The notes beneath the pieces were generated by a model. The model ran no database searches, was not told the origin of the DNA, and saw only the letters and a program-made list of their open reading frames with translations. From Candidatus Dojkabacteria bacterium (lineage in GTDB: Bacteria > Patescibacteriota > Dojkabacteria > JAFGLO01): a DNA stretch of 64,000 nucleotides. The DNA lies in the NCBI GenBank assembly GCA_016927995.1, contig JAFGLO010000007.1, positions 17,467 to 81,466 on the forward strand, read 5' to 3'. Both the position numbers and the translations under genes were made by a program. Shown one piece after another: positions 17,223 to 26,870 of the stretch (position 1 is its first letter; the number at the start of each line of letters is the position of its first letter).

Positions 17223-17885
17223 TTGGCAATGGTTAAGTATCATATACAATACGGTAAACGAAGAACAATTGCCGTTCATATAAACAATTCCGGAAAAGTA
17301 ATAATAAAGGCACCTTACAACATTCCCGAAAGAATAGTACTACAATTTGTGTCAGAAAAAAGAGATTGGATAAATAAAAATCTAGCTAGAATTAGCCGCA
17401 GTAAAAAATATGCTCATACATATAAGCCGGGTGACAAGTTTTATTATCTTGGGGAACTATTTCCAATAGATTTTAACGAATCAATAAGAAGTGTAACACT
17501 AAGTAACGGAAATCTTATAATTCCAAAGGGAGAAAAGAAAGCCAAAGATCTTCTTTCAGCTTGGTTTAGGAAAAAGGCCCGGTTCATTCTTAAGAAAAAA
17601 CTTAACAACTGGTCAGAAATAATGAATCTGTCGTTCAATTCTCTAAAAATTACAAGCGCTGAAACCCGATGGGGATCATGTACAAGTCAAGGAAATGTAA
17701 ACTTTCCCTTTAGAATTGTAATGCTTCCGCTGGAAATCATCGATTATGTCGTTGTTCATGAGCTTTCACACCTTAAAGAGCTTAACCACAGCAAAGTATT
17801 CTGGAAGATCGTAGAAGTCTATCGTCCAATGTTTAAGAATGAACGCAAATGGCTCAGAGAAAACTCATACAAGTTTGTAATATAA
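17223..17885 (+). CDS. YgjP-like metal-dependent hydrolase / M48-family peptidase (DUF45)
   Basis: HExxH motif VVHELSHLKELNH near C-terminus; 220 aa typical of DUF45. Confidence 0.65.
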   Translation: MAMVKYHIQYGKRRTIAVHINNSGKVIIKAPYNIPERIVLQFVSEKRDWINKNLARISRSKKYAHTYKPGDKFYYLGELFPIDFNESIRSVTLSNGNLIIPKGEKKAKDLLSAWFRKKARFILKKKLNNWSEIMNLSFNSLKITSAETRWGSCTSQGNVNFPFRIVMLPLEIIDYVVVHELSHLKELNHSKVFWKIVEVYRPMFKNERKWLRENSYKFVI

Positions 17886-17903
17886 AAATGTTATACTAGA
17901 CCC

Positions 17904-18605
17904 ATGAGCACAAAAGGTAAACTATTTTTAATCCCTAAAGACATAGGAGGAGATCCCATAACCTCAATTCCCGATCACACCAAGGAAAATATTAGAAATA
18001 TAAACACATTTATAGTCGAAGATATAAGAACCGCACGTAGATTTCTTGCTGCACTTTCTATAAAGGTTCAATCCAAAACATTTATCCCTTGGGGGAAACA
18101 TGCAGATAAATCAGATGCCAAGGGGCTTTTAAATCCACTATCTCTTGGAGAAAATATTGGAATAATATCGGAATCAGGTTGCCCCGCAATAGCGGATCCA
18201 GGGAAAAACATTGTATTGGAGGCTCATAGAGCAGGGTACCAGGTTGTTCCGCTTATTGGTCCATCATCAATATTTCTTGCACTTATGGCTTCGGGACTAA
18301 ACGGTCAGAATTTTTGCTTTAATGGATATATCCCCAAAGACCCGACTGCTCGAAAATCAAAAATAAAATTGCTGGAAAACTGTTCACAAAGAAATAACCA
18401 AACACAGATTTTTATGGAAACACCGTTTAGAACTCAGCATGTTTTAAATGATTTGCTGTCAGTATGCAGCAACAGTACAAAGCTTTGTTTAGCTGTTGAC
18501 ATTACAACATCTACGGAAGTTATAAAAACAATGCCGATAGGGGAATGGAAAAAGTTAATCCCTAACATCCACAAAAAGCTAGTAATCTATCTTATCGGCC
18601 AATAA
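17904..18605 (+). CDS. Tetrapyrrole-methylase-fold SAM-dependent methyltransferase (RsmI-like 16S rRNA 2'-O-methyltransferase family)
   Basis: LFLIPKDIGG..., ESGCPAIADPG, VVPLIGPSSIFLALMASGL, FCFNGYIP match the RsmI conserved blocks. Confidence 0.6.
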   Translation: MSTKGKLFLIPKDIGGDPITSIPDHTKENIRNINTFIVEDIRTARRFLAALSIKVQSKTFIPWGKHADKSDAKGLLNPLSLGENIGIISESGCPAIADPGKNIVLEAHRAGYQVVPLIGPSSIFLALMASGLNGQNFCFNGYIPKDPTARKSKIKLLENCSQRNNQTQIFMETPFRTQHVLNDLLSVCSNSTKLCLAVDITTSTEVIKTMPIGEWKKLIPNIHKKLVIYLIGQ

Positions 18606-18630
18606 ACCTCACTTAATAAAAAGCCTAAAA

Positions 18631-19359
18631 ATGTCAGAAAACTCCCAAAACAACAAAAGTATCACACGACTTTCAATCATCCTCTTACCGCTCTTGATTG
18701 CAACAGGCACGACTATTTTTATTCTCACAAGACCCAAGAATAACCCGAATACTGAAAACCAAGAAATTCAGGAAACGGAAGATCCGGAAAAAGATGAGTC
18801 CGAGACAATCACAAATATTCCGGAGGTCACATTTTTATCAAGTACCGAAGCATATGTAAAACTTCTCGAATCAGCAAAAGCCTGGGCACCCGACGCCCAA
18901 ATAAGCATGCTGCAGGCGGTAACTGAATCTGTTGAACAAGCAAATTCTAGAGAGTTTTATGGCGCAACCGCAGGTAAATATAACTTCTGGAGTGCAAATA
19001 TTTATTCTGCTAGCAAAGCCGAGATCAGTACAGTAATACTAAAAAACAATGTGATGGAGGTTCAAGCCGGCGTTTCGATATATGAAAGTCTTACAGCTAT
19101 CTACGAAGACCAGCCATATATAACAGATATTTCAGCCTTTGTCTCTTCTGAAACCGTTTATACTACGGCAAAAGCAGCAGGATTGGACAATGAAAATAAC
19201 ATATACGATATATACCTAATGTACGACAAGACAACGGAGAAGTGGGTGTTTAGGGTTGACGAAAAAAGTAAAACCGAACTAGACGAATATGATTGTCCCT
19301 TTTCGGTAAAATATTACTTTGTCGACGCCGTAAGCGGGAATCTAATAGAAGAAGATTAG
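18631..19359 (+). CDS. Hypothetical secreted/membrane-anchored protein
   Basis: N-terminal TM (LSIILLPLLIATGTTIFILT), acidic linker; no family recognized. Confidence 0.4.
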   Translation: MSENSQNNKSITRLSIILLPLLIATGTTIFILTRPKNNPNTENQEIQETEDPEKDESETITNIPEVTFLSSTEAYVKLLESAKAWAPDAQISMLQAVTESVEQANSREFYGATAGKYNFWSANIYSASKAEISTVILKNNVMEVQAGVSIYESLTAIYEDQPYITDISAFVSSETVYTTAKAAGLDNENNIYDIYLMYDKTTEKWVFRVDEKSKTELDEYDCPFSVKYYFVDAVSGNLIEED

Positions 19360-19368
19360 CGGACTTTA

Positions 19369-19752
19369 TTATTCAAGTCTATTATCAGTACAAATATCAA
19401 GATCATCAATTTCGTAATAGAAACAACCATCACGACGATTGCAATTATCCTTATTTAAAACATCACAAGGAACAGAGTCTCGTTCCCACATAAGGTTTCC
19501 AAGATTATCAAAGGTTAGCTCATTTAATTGATACCAAACATTGTATTTTGAAAAAATCTGTTTTTTTATCAACATATCAACTCCCCCAAGTATCGGGAAA
19601 AAGATAAGAATAATTACAAAACTCGAGATATAAATATGGATTCTTCTTGCATTTCGTTTAAGTAAAAATCGAACAACAATAAAAATTAAAAATCCTGACA
19701 GAAAAATTGTTATTGTAGTTGCCAGAACAACAACCGTTGTTGAGTAATCCAT
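19369..19752 (-). CDS. Hypothetical membrane protein
   Basis: Two N-terminal TM helices; 127 aa. Confidence 0.35.
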   Translation of the reverse strand: MDYSTTVVVLATTITIFLSGFLIFIVVRFLLKRNARRIHIYISSFVIILIFFPILGGVDMLIKKQIFSKYNVWYQLNELTFDNLGNLMWERDSVPCDVLNKDNCNRRDGCFYYEIDDLDICTDNRLE

Positions 19753-19833
19753 GCCGGTATTTTAACACCAATTAACTGGCGATAAAACCCAAACCGCTTT
19801 ATAATAGCCTGCTTAATATTTCACAATATACAA

Positions 19834-20631
19834 ATGACAATCATTCAAGCCATTGTCTTAGGAATTATCCAAGGAATCACCGAACTTCTACCAATATCAA
19901 GTTCAGGACATTTGGCACTTGTACCCAAACTTTTAGGCTGGGAAGTTCAAAGTATCGTGTTTGACGAATTTGTGCATATGGCAAGTTTCCTAGCCATTTT
20001 AATCTTCTTCTGGAAAGATCTTTGGAAAATAGCTACTGACACAATTAAATCACTCGGCAAATTGCCGAAATTTTTTAATTCGATGGGGTTTAAACTTGTA
20101 ATTGCCACAATTCCAACACTCATTGTAGGAGTTCTATTTAAAGACAAAATCGAAGAGCTAACCGGCAACCATGTTGTTATTGCCATATCACTTATCTCCC
20201 TTGGTATAGTCTTTTTGTTTATTGAAACCCTAGTAAAAAACAATAAAAAAATACTCGACCAGGTATCCGTAAAAGACTCACTAGTCGTTGGACTTGCACA
20301 ACCGATTGCACTTATTCGAGGTGTATCCAGATCAGGCGTAACAATAACTGCAGGACTTTTCAGTGGGCTCACAAAGGAGTCGGCAGCCAGATTCTCGTTT
20401 TACATGTCGGCGGTTGTTATGGCAGCATTATCGGTTAAAGGTGTTTACGATATTTTTACTCACCCAAATTCCGAGACCTTGCTAGTCATAATCGTCGGAT
20501 CTATTGCCTCGTTTTTATCAAGCCTTCTTGCGATAAAGCTTTTATTCGTAGCAATGAAAACCAACACATTTAAATGGTTTGGCATTTATCGAATAATTCT
20601 CGGGATTATTACATTACTCCTTCTTTCGTAG
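19834..20631 (+). CDS. uppP: Undecaprenyl-diphosphate phosphatase
   Basis: N-terminal AIVLGIIQGITELLPISSSGHL and later GVSRSGVTITAGL motifs diagnostic of UppP/BacA. Confidence 0.9.
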   Translation: MTIIQAIVLGIIQGITELLPISSSGHLALVPKLLGWEVQSIVFDEFVHMASFLAILIFFWKDLWKIATDTIKSLGKLPKFFNSMGFKLVIATIPTLIVGVLFKDKIEELTGNHVVIAISLISLGIVFLFIETLVKNNKKILDQVSVKDSLVVGLAQPIALIRGVSRSGVTITAGLFSGLTKESAARFSFYMSAVVMAALSVKGVYDIFTHPNSETLLVIIVGSIASFLSSLLAIKLLFVAMKTNTFKWFGIYRIILGIITLLLLS

Positions 20632-20655
20632 ACGGGTCTAGACCTGTCTCTACGG
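20628..20655. repeat. Solo palindrome GTAGACGGGTCTAGACCTGTCTCTAC (same core as the MITE terminal inverted repeats) overlapping the uppP stop codon
   Basis: Core GACGGGTCTAGACCTGTC is a near-perfect palindrome identical to the inverted-repeat core at 6286-6303 and 23447-23464. Confidence 0.6.
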
Positions 20656-20708
20656 ATTGTATATAATGACAACATAATTAGACGTCGTTTATTTTATTCC
20701 TGCTGCCC

Positions 20709-22793
20709 ATGTTAAGCTCACTCCTAAAACCCAAATCCGTTGCAATAATTGGGGCATCACGCAATCCATCAAAAATTGGCTCGCGCGTATTAAAAAACAT
20801 AATTTCCGGCGGGTTTGAGGGAGATGTATATCCTGTAAATCCTGAAGCAGAGACAATACAAGGAATAACAGCCTTTGCCTCAGTATCAGATATTCCAACC
20901 ATTCCGGATATTGCAGTAATCGTTATTCCGGCAGAATATGTGCCCACGGCAGTCGAGGAATGTGTAAAAAAACAAGTACCAAACATAATTGTTATAACCG
21001 CAGGTTTCTCTGAAACAGGAAAGCATGGTGCATTTTTGGAGGAACAGGTAAAAGAGCGGCTCAAAGACTCAAATACCCGGCTTCTTGGGGTGAACTGTCT
21101 TGGGCTTATTACTCAACGCTCAAAACTTAATGCCTCGTTTGCATCATTCATGCCAAATGATGGAAATGTAGCATTTTTGTCACAATCCGGAGCATTTGGA
21201 ACATCAATCCTTGATTGGACTGCAACTTTCAACGTTGGAGTAAAGTATTTTATCTCACTGGGAAATAAAACAGATCTTACAGAAACCGATTTTTTGGAAA
21301 ATTTTCGAGATGAAGAAGCAATAAAATGCATTGCACTATACCTAGAAGACATCGAAGACGGTCGGAGATTTGCCTCACTTGTACGAAGTATATCACCTTA
21401 TAAACCGATTATTCTTTTAAAGCCCGGAAAATCTAAGGAAAGTAAAAGTGCAATCTCTTCGCATACCGGAAGTATGGTAGGGGACATAGAAATTGCCAAA
21501 CAAGCCGCAAAGCAAAACGGTATAATCGAAGTTTCGACAATGCGTGAGCTTTTTAATATGGCCCGCTTTGTATCGTGGAACGAAATTACCGAAACCCAAA
21601 GAGTTGCAATTGTAACAAATGCCGGAGGACCGGCAGCACATACTACCGATGTTTTAGTAGAAGCTTCACTTACCCTTGCCAAACTTTCAGAAGAAACAAA
21701 AAAGAACCTAAAAAAGATTTTACCAACCGCCGCAAGCGTGAAAAATCCTGTAGATCTTTTGGGTGATGCACCTGCCAAACGGTATGAAGATGCCCTTAAC
21801 CTTGTATTTAAAGATCCGAATGTTGATTCAATCATTGTTGTCCTAACTCCTCAGGCAATGACTCAAATTCCCGAAACGGCCAACGCCATAAGCAAAATAA
21901 TTGAGCAAACCACAAAACCGATTCTTACTTCATTTATTGGCGGAGCCCAGGTAATAAAAGGCTTAAACGTCCTTGAAAAGCGAAACATTCCCTGTTTTGA
22001 ATTTCCAGAAGATGCAGTTTCAGTACTTACACACATTAATAACTACCAAATCCAAAAAAATAAAATACTTGCCTCAAATTATCCGTCGGACAAAAAAGAA
22101 AATCAGGAGAAATACTTAAAGATCCGTGCTATTCTACAAAAAGTGGCTGTAGTCTCCCATGTAGTTCCGGTAACTATATCAAATGAAATCTTTAAAACCC
22201 TAGGAATAAAAATTCCCGATTACATAACGGTAAACTCTTCCGAAGAAGCAATCTCTTTTGGAAGCACACATAAATCAATCGTACTTAAGCTTGATTCTCC
22301 TCAGATTGTACATAAGACAGAGTTCTCCGCAGTCAAAATAGGGCTGGATACCCCCGAAAAAATTGCTACTGCATTTTCAGAATTAACAAATACAGCTAAC
22401 TCCGAAATGATTTCAAACCATACAATAATGGCTCAGAAGCAGATTTTAAACGGTCTTGAAACAATTCTGGGCGTAAAGATCGACACAAACTTTGGTCCTA
22501 CAATAATGTTCGGATCAGGTGGAGTTACAACAGAGTTATTCCACGATATATCACAAAGTGTAGCTCCGGTATCAAACAAAGATATTTTGGATATGGTAAC
22601 TTCACCAAAAGTTTACAAACTAATAAAAGGCTTTAGAGGAAAACCCGGGTACGATATAAAAGAGCTTTTAAAAACAATAATAATCCTCAACAACCTTGTC
22701 CTAAATGTTCCGGAAATAAAAGAAATCGAGATTAACCCAATGATCCTAACCAGAGAAAGCGGGTATGCAGTCGATATACGATGTATTGTATAA
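20709..22793 (+). CDS. Acetate--CoA ligase (ADP-forming), fused alpha/beta (NDP-forming acyl-CoA synthetase)
   Basis: N-terminal CoA-binding SVAIIGASRNPSKIGSRVL...VYPVNP, succinyl-CoA-synthetase-like flavodoxin domain, C-terminal ATP-grasp; 694 aa. Confidence 0.85.
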   Translation: MLSSLLKPKSVAIIGASRNPSKIGSRVLKNIISGGFEGDVYPVNPEAETIQGITAFASVSDIPTIPDIAVIVIPAEYVPTAVEECVKKQVPNIIVITAGFSETGKHGAFLEEQVKERLKDSNTRLLGVNCLGLITQRSKLNASFASFMPNDGNVAFLSQSGAFGTSILDWTATFNVGVKYFISLGNKTDLTETDFLENFRDEEAIKCIALYLEDIEDGRRFASLVRSISPYKPIILLKPGKSKESKSAISSHTGSMVGDIEIAKQAAKQNGIIEVSTMRELFNMARFVSWNEITETQRVAIVTNAGGPAAHTTDVLVEASLTLAKLSEETKKNLKKILPTAASVKNPVDLLGDAPAKRYEDALNLVFKDPNVDSIIVVLTPQAMTQIPETANAISKIIEQTTKPILTSFIGGAQVIKGLNVLEKRNIPCFEFPEDAVSVLTHINNYQIQKNKILASNYPSDKKENQEKYLKIRAILQKVAVVSHVVPVTISNEIFKTLGIKIPDYITVNSSEEAISFGSTHKSIVLKLDSPQIVHKTEFSAVKIGLDTPEKIATAFSELTNTANSEMISNHTIMAQKQILNGLETILGVKIDTNFGPTIMFGSGGVTTELFHDISQSVAPVSNKDILDMVTSPKVYKLIKGFRGKPGYDIKELLKTIIILNNLVLNVPEIKEIEINPMILTRESGYAVDIRCIV

Positions 22794-22802
22794 TACAGGA
22801 TA

Positions 22803-23375
22803 ATGAAAAAGTTTTTTGATAGAATTACAGATAGATACATTAAATTTTATTATCCCGTTGCCAAAGTATTTATATCAATCTTAATTGTTTTGTTCTCTAT
22901 TGTCGTTTTTGTTCAGTTAGCAATAATTATCACAAAAGATAAATATCTGTTTGGAGTAAAAATATATGCAGTAGAATCGGAAAGTATGCTACCAACAATT
23001 AAAAAAGGCGACCTTGTAATAATTGATGAAGTATATACATACCACAAAGACGACATAATCACATATACCGATCCAAACGACGAAAATCAAACAATAACTC
23101 ATAGGATCATCAACATTTTCCAGAAAACAAGTGGAGATGAAACCTTTGTAACGAAGGGCGATAATAACGAAATTCAAGACCCGTTTCAGGTTACAAAAGA
23201 GATGATTCAAGGAAAGGTGATAAAAATTATTCCGGCAATAGGTAATTGGGCACTTTTTAGCAGAAGCGTCATTGGAATAATTCTTTTACTAATAATTCCT
23301 GCCACAATGCTTCTTACGCTTAACGCAGTAAGTATTTTTTCCTGGATAAAAGCCAGATATGTAAATAATACGTAA
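22803..23375 (+). CDS. Signal peptidase I (SipW/archaeal-eukaryotic type S26B)
   Basis: N-terminal TM then ESMLPTIKKGDLVII (catalytic Ser box) and ITHRII (His box); 190 aa. Confidence 0.75.
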   Translation: MKKFFDRITDRYIKFYYPVAKVFISILIVLFSIVVFVQLAIIITKDKYLFGVKIYAVESESMLPTIKKGDLVIIDEVYTYHKDDIITYTDPNDENQTITHRIINIFQKTSGDETFVTKGDNNEIQDPFQVTKEMIQGKVIKIIPAIGNWALFSRSVIGIILLLIIPATMLLTLNAVSIFSWIKARYVNNT

Positions 23376-23382
23376 CCTCTTA

Positions 23383-23436
23383 TAACCCCCGTAAACCCCA
23401 TAACCCCCGTAAACCCCGTAACCCCCGTAAACCCCG
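23383..23436. repeat. Tandem repeat 3 x 18 bp (TAACCCCCGTAAACCCCR) between signal peptidase stop and MITE copy B
   Basis: Direct reading. Confidence 0.8.
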
Positions 23437-23658
23437 TAGTAGGGACAGGTCTAGACCGACACCCATGTATAGAAGTTGGTAATAGTATCCACTTTTGATT
23501 AACACGACGAAAGTCTAGATAACCCATATTCTACGTATGACTACAAAAAAAATGATTCGATAGAAACACAGCTTGCGCACACCCGCACCCCCATTCGCCA
23601 AAACTCTCATTCACCAGCATGTCTACGCAACCGTGTCGGTCTAGACCTGTCCCTACGG
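23436..23658. mobile_element. MITE-like non-coding element copy B (~223 bp) with palindromic terminal inverted repeats
   Basis: Terminal inverted repeats TAGGGACAGGTCTAGACCGACA (23440-23461) and TGTCGGTCTAGACCTGTCCCTA (23634-23655). It shares CGAAAGTCTAGATAACCCATATTCTACG and CACACCCGCACCCCCA blocks with copy A. Confidence 0.55.
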
Positions 23659-23705
23659 AAAATGATACGGAAAATGGCACGGAAAATGGCACGGAAAACG
23701 ATACC
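23659..23705. repeat. Tandem repeat 4 x ~12 bp (AAAATGRYACGG) after MITE copy B
   Basis: Direct reading. Confidence 0.75.
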
Positions 23706-23781
23706 AAAAAATCTTGTTACTTTTGGTATAACCCAACGTATTCCTATATGTAAGAGTTATCTAATTTAAATAAAATAATTA

Positions 23782-24438
23782 ATGAAAAAACTCTTTACCG
23801 TCCTAACAACCATGGGGCTTTTAGCCTCGTTGGTATTTGGGACAACTAAGGCCGCCAGCGGGGATTATACTTGGGGTACTGGCTCCATTGTAATAAGTGA
23901 GAATGGACCAGCACTAGTTAATTCAAATCTCCAAGTGGCAGTAAGTGATACTTCAAATTACGAGTACTACAGGCAAGGTGACGCTATTGGTTACCAAAAA
24001 ACAGGTTTAAATCTTGGCTCAAAGGAGCTTATTCCTGGTGGGCAAACAGAATTTTACGTGTACTTGCGAAATGCACCTGATGTTACAGGCGAATGGCAAG
24101 CTCCTGTAGAAGTTGCCACACTCATTTCCCCAATTGGAGCAGGTGAATACGCTGAACACATCCACATAAGAATTGAGCAAACAGCTACAACTCCAGGTGG
24201 CTTTTCTCAGATTATTTATGAAGGAGCTCTGGATGATGCAGTAAATACGCCAAAGCCTAAAAGCTATGTTGGATTCAGTCAGTATGGTGATAATACCGTA
24301 GAATATAAAGTCACATTGAGCATGATTGCAATTAACGGAATTTTTCCACCTACTGATACAGTTGTAAATTATCAAATAGCTTTTTCAAGCACAAACAGTG
24401 CATACAATAATAGTACTCCGGAAATTACCGCTCAGTAA
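23782..24438 (+). CDS. Hypothetical secreted protein (signal peptide; possible cognate substrate of adjacent SipW-like peptidase)
   Basis: MKKLFTVLTTMGLLASLVFGTTKAAS signal peptide; 218 aa; followed by strong terminator. Confidence 0.45.
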   Translation: MKKLFTVLTTMGLLASLVFGTTKAASGDYTWGTGSIVISENGPALVNSNLQVAVSDTSNYEYYRQGDAIGYQKTGLNLGSKELIPGGQTEFYVYLRNAPDVTGEWQAPVEVATLISPIGAGEYAEHIHIRIEQTATTPGGFSQIIYEGALDDAVNTPKPKSYVGFSQYGDNTVEYKVTLSMIAINGIFPPTDTVVNYQIAFSSTNSAYNNSTPEITAQ

Positions 24439-24487
24439 ATTAGGGTAGGGCATTTACCTCCTTTCATACCCTCTAAAAGCTAAACTT

Positions 24488-24527
24488 TAAGGGTGCGGTC
24501 CGCCTCTGGTGGACCGCACCCTTTTTT
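24488..24527 (+). terminator. Rho-independent terminator
   Basis: GGGTGCGGTCCGCCTCTGGTGGACCGCACCC stem-loop followed by TTTTTTT. Confidence 0.65.
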
Positions 24528-24711
24528 TATTACCTTTGTTTAAAATTTAGGGTTTAGGACTAATATCCCGTAATCGCTAATAGCAGCCAGGAAATTACAA
24601 GCCCCAAAGGCGCCGAAGCCAAATTTGCAACCAATGAAATTATTAAAGCTTGCTTGATCTTTATATTTAATAAAAATTTGTACGATAAAGCCTCAGAGAA
24701 GAGCCAAAGTA

Positions 24712-25167
24712 TTAGCTAAAAATCCAATAGAGAAAAGTAGCCGATGGCCCTATAACATACCATATGGGTGCGGATACCAAGTTTGCTAAAATAGAAAAGC
24801 CGAATGCTTTATACCATTCAGCCTTCATCATGATTTTGTAAATTATAGCCTCAGTAACAACAACAAAAATTTCTCCCAGAAGTACGATCTCAAAAAATTT
24901 AAAAAACCAAAGGTATTCCGAAGACATTTCAACATATGTTAAAAAAATAGAGTAAGTTGCAAAATTCATAATTGTAAACAATGTTATAAGTTGAAATGTA
25001 CTATATTCTGTTTTGGTTTTAGAAAAGCGTGTAATAAACAAATAGATAGGGACCTCTATGGTCGCATTTATAAGAATATACAACCAGAACGTAGACAATT
25101 GAGAAAAGAAAAGCCCCATAGAATCCAAAGGTGGCGGAACCATATTACTCACTATTAATTCCCACAT
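24712..25167 (-). CDS. Hypothetical membrane protein
   Basis: 4-5 TM helices; 151 aa. Confidence 0.35.
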   Translation of the reverse strand: MWELIVSNMVPPPLDSMGLFFSQLSTFWLYILINATIEVPIYLFITRFSKTKTEYSTFQLITLFTIMNFATYSIFLTYVEMSSEYLWFFKFFEIVLLGEIFVVVTEAIIYKIMMKAEWYKAFGFSILANLVSAPIWYVIGPSATFLYWIFS

Positions 25168-25220
25168 ATCGGTAGATGTGCTAAAATTAGCTATTCTAAA
25201 TAATATACTTTAATCTATAG

Positions 25221-26753
25221 ATGAGCAAGGTTACAACAGGCGATCTAATTGGACAACGAAATCAGCGACTTGCCAAGATTAAAAAGCTAAGAGAATTGGG
25301 AATTAACCCATATCCTGCACGCTCAAATAAAGAGTATAGTAATAATGAAATTGTTGAAAATTACAAAGACTTCGAGGGCAAAACTGTTACATTAACTGGT
25401 CGCATAATGACAAAGCGCGAAATGGGAAAGCTTGCATTTGCAACGATTCAGGACGCATCAGGCAGAATTCAGTTATATATAAAAAAAGATGAAATCAAAC
25501 CACTAGATATTAAAACTCAAACACTTGGATTTTCCGAACTTAAGCTTTTAGATATTGGTGACATTGTAGAAGCCACTGGCGAAGTTACCAAAACACAAAC
25601 AGGCGAAATCTCAATATTAGTTGACACCATTAAGCTTCTAACAAAGGCTATTCGACCCTTACCCGAAAAATGGGCAGGTTTGTCCGATCAGGAAGAAAGA
25701 TTTCGAAGGCGATATCTTGACATGACAATGAATCCTGAAGTTCGCAACCGATTTGTTAAACGTTCCATTTTCTGGCAGGCAGTGCGTGATTTTATGATTC
25801 AAACAGGGTTTGTTGAGATAAATATCCCCATATTAGAGGCTGTAACCGGTGGCGCAGACGCAAAGCCGTTTGTCACCCACTATGATGCATTAGATCAGGC
25901 TTTTTACCTACGAATATCTCACGAGCTTCCTTTAAAGCGGCTACTTGGTGGCGGATATGAAAAGGTATTTGATATTGGTCCTCGATTTAGAAATGAAGGA
26001 ATAGATGCAGAGCATTTACCCGAGCATATTGCAATGGAATTTTACTGGGCTTATGCAGATTTCAAAGAGGGAATGAAGTTTACAAAAGAGCTTTTTAGAT
26101 ACGTTATTAAAAAAACTTTTGGAACCCTAAAGTTTAAAATTCGTGGATTTGACGTTGATTTAAGCAAAGAGTGGGAGGAAAAGGATTTTGGAACACTTCT
26201 AAAAGACCGATTTAACGTTGACATTTACAATGATTCTGTAGAGTCCCTAAAGATTGTACTTAAAAAATCCGGGGGACACGTAGAAAAAGACATGAACAGA
26301 AGCAGGGTAGTGGACAATTTATGGAAAGTAATCCGAAAAGACATTGCCGGTCCCATATTTGTTACTGGAATTCCTAAGTTTTTGTCGCCACTTTCTAAGT
26401 CTGATCCTGAAAGGACTAACATTGTTGAACGATTTTTCCCAATTATTGCAGGAAGTGAGCTTGCTAACGCATTTTCAGAACTCAATGATCCAATAGATCA
26501 GTTCGAACGATTTAAAGAGCAGCAAGACATGCGTGAAGCAGGGGATTCTGAAGCTCAAATGATGGATATTGATTTTGTGGAAATGCTTGAGTACGGAATG
26601 CCTCCTGCATTCGGTTATGGCATGAGCGAGCGAGTCTTTTGGTTCTTCGAAGATGTTACTGCTCGTGAAGGAGTGCCTTTTCCGCAAATGCGAAACGACG
26701 TGGACGAAACCACAAAGAAGATTTACGGGAAGAAATATGTGCTTGCAAAATAA
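25221..26753 (+). CDS. lysS: Lysine--tRNA ligase (class II)
   Basis: OB-fold anticodon-binding N-domain (TLTGRIMTKREMGKLAFATIQD), class II motifs FRNEGIDAEHLPEH, MEFYWAY, and C-terminal GMPPAFGYGMSERV. Confidence 0.9.
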   Translation: MSKVTTGDLIGQRNQRLAKIKKLRELGINPYPARSNKEYSNNEIVENYKDFEGKTVTLTGRIMTKREMGKLAFATIQDASGRIQLYIKKDEIKPLDIKTQTLGFSELKLLDIGDIVEATGEVTKTQTGEISILVDTIKLLTKAIRPLPEKWAGLSDQEERFRRRYLDMTMNPEVRNRFVKRSIFWQAVRDFMIQTGFVEINIPILEAVTGGADAKPFVTHYDALDQAFYLRISHELPLKRLLGGGYEKVFDIGPRFRNEGIDAEHLPEHIAMEFYWAYADFKEGMKFTKELFRYVIKKTFGTLKFKIRGFDVDLSKEWEEKDFGTLLKDRFNVDIYNDSVESLKIVLKKSGGHVEKDMNRSRVVDNLWKVIRKDIAGPIFVTGIPKFLSPLSKSDPERTNIVERFFPIIAGSELANAFSELNDPIDQFERFKEQQDMREAGDSEAQMMDIDFVEMLEYGMPPAFGYGMSERVFWFFEDVTAREGVPFPQMRNDVDETTKKIYGKKYVLAK

Positions 26754-26759
26754 TGATTT

Positions 26760-26790
26760 CCGTAGGGGCGGGTTTAAACCGGCATAGGGT
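26760..26790. other. Imperfect palindrome CGTAGGGGCGGGTTTAAACCGGCATAGGG just after lysS stop
   Basis: Shares exact 20-mer (inverted) with 16084-16103; core GGGGCGGGTTTAAACCCGCCCC would be a perfect 22-bp palindrome. Confidence 0.6.
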
Positions 26791-26870
26791 TACAACAAGG
26801 AAAAATCCATGTCATTTTACCCACAACCATTTTCGATATATAATGGATTGTTAATCTTAATAAATCACTT

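Noticed and set aside
23383-23705. Possible CRISPR array from the clustered short repeats around MITE copy B
   Set aside because: The repeats are contiguous tandem units (18-bp and 12-bp) with no intervening unique spacers, and no cas genes are nearby.
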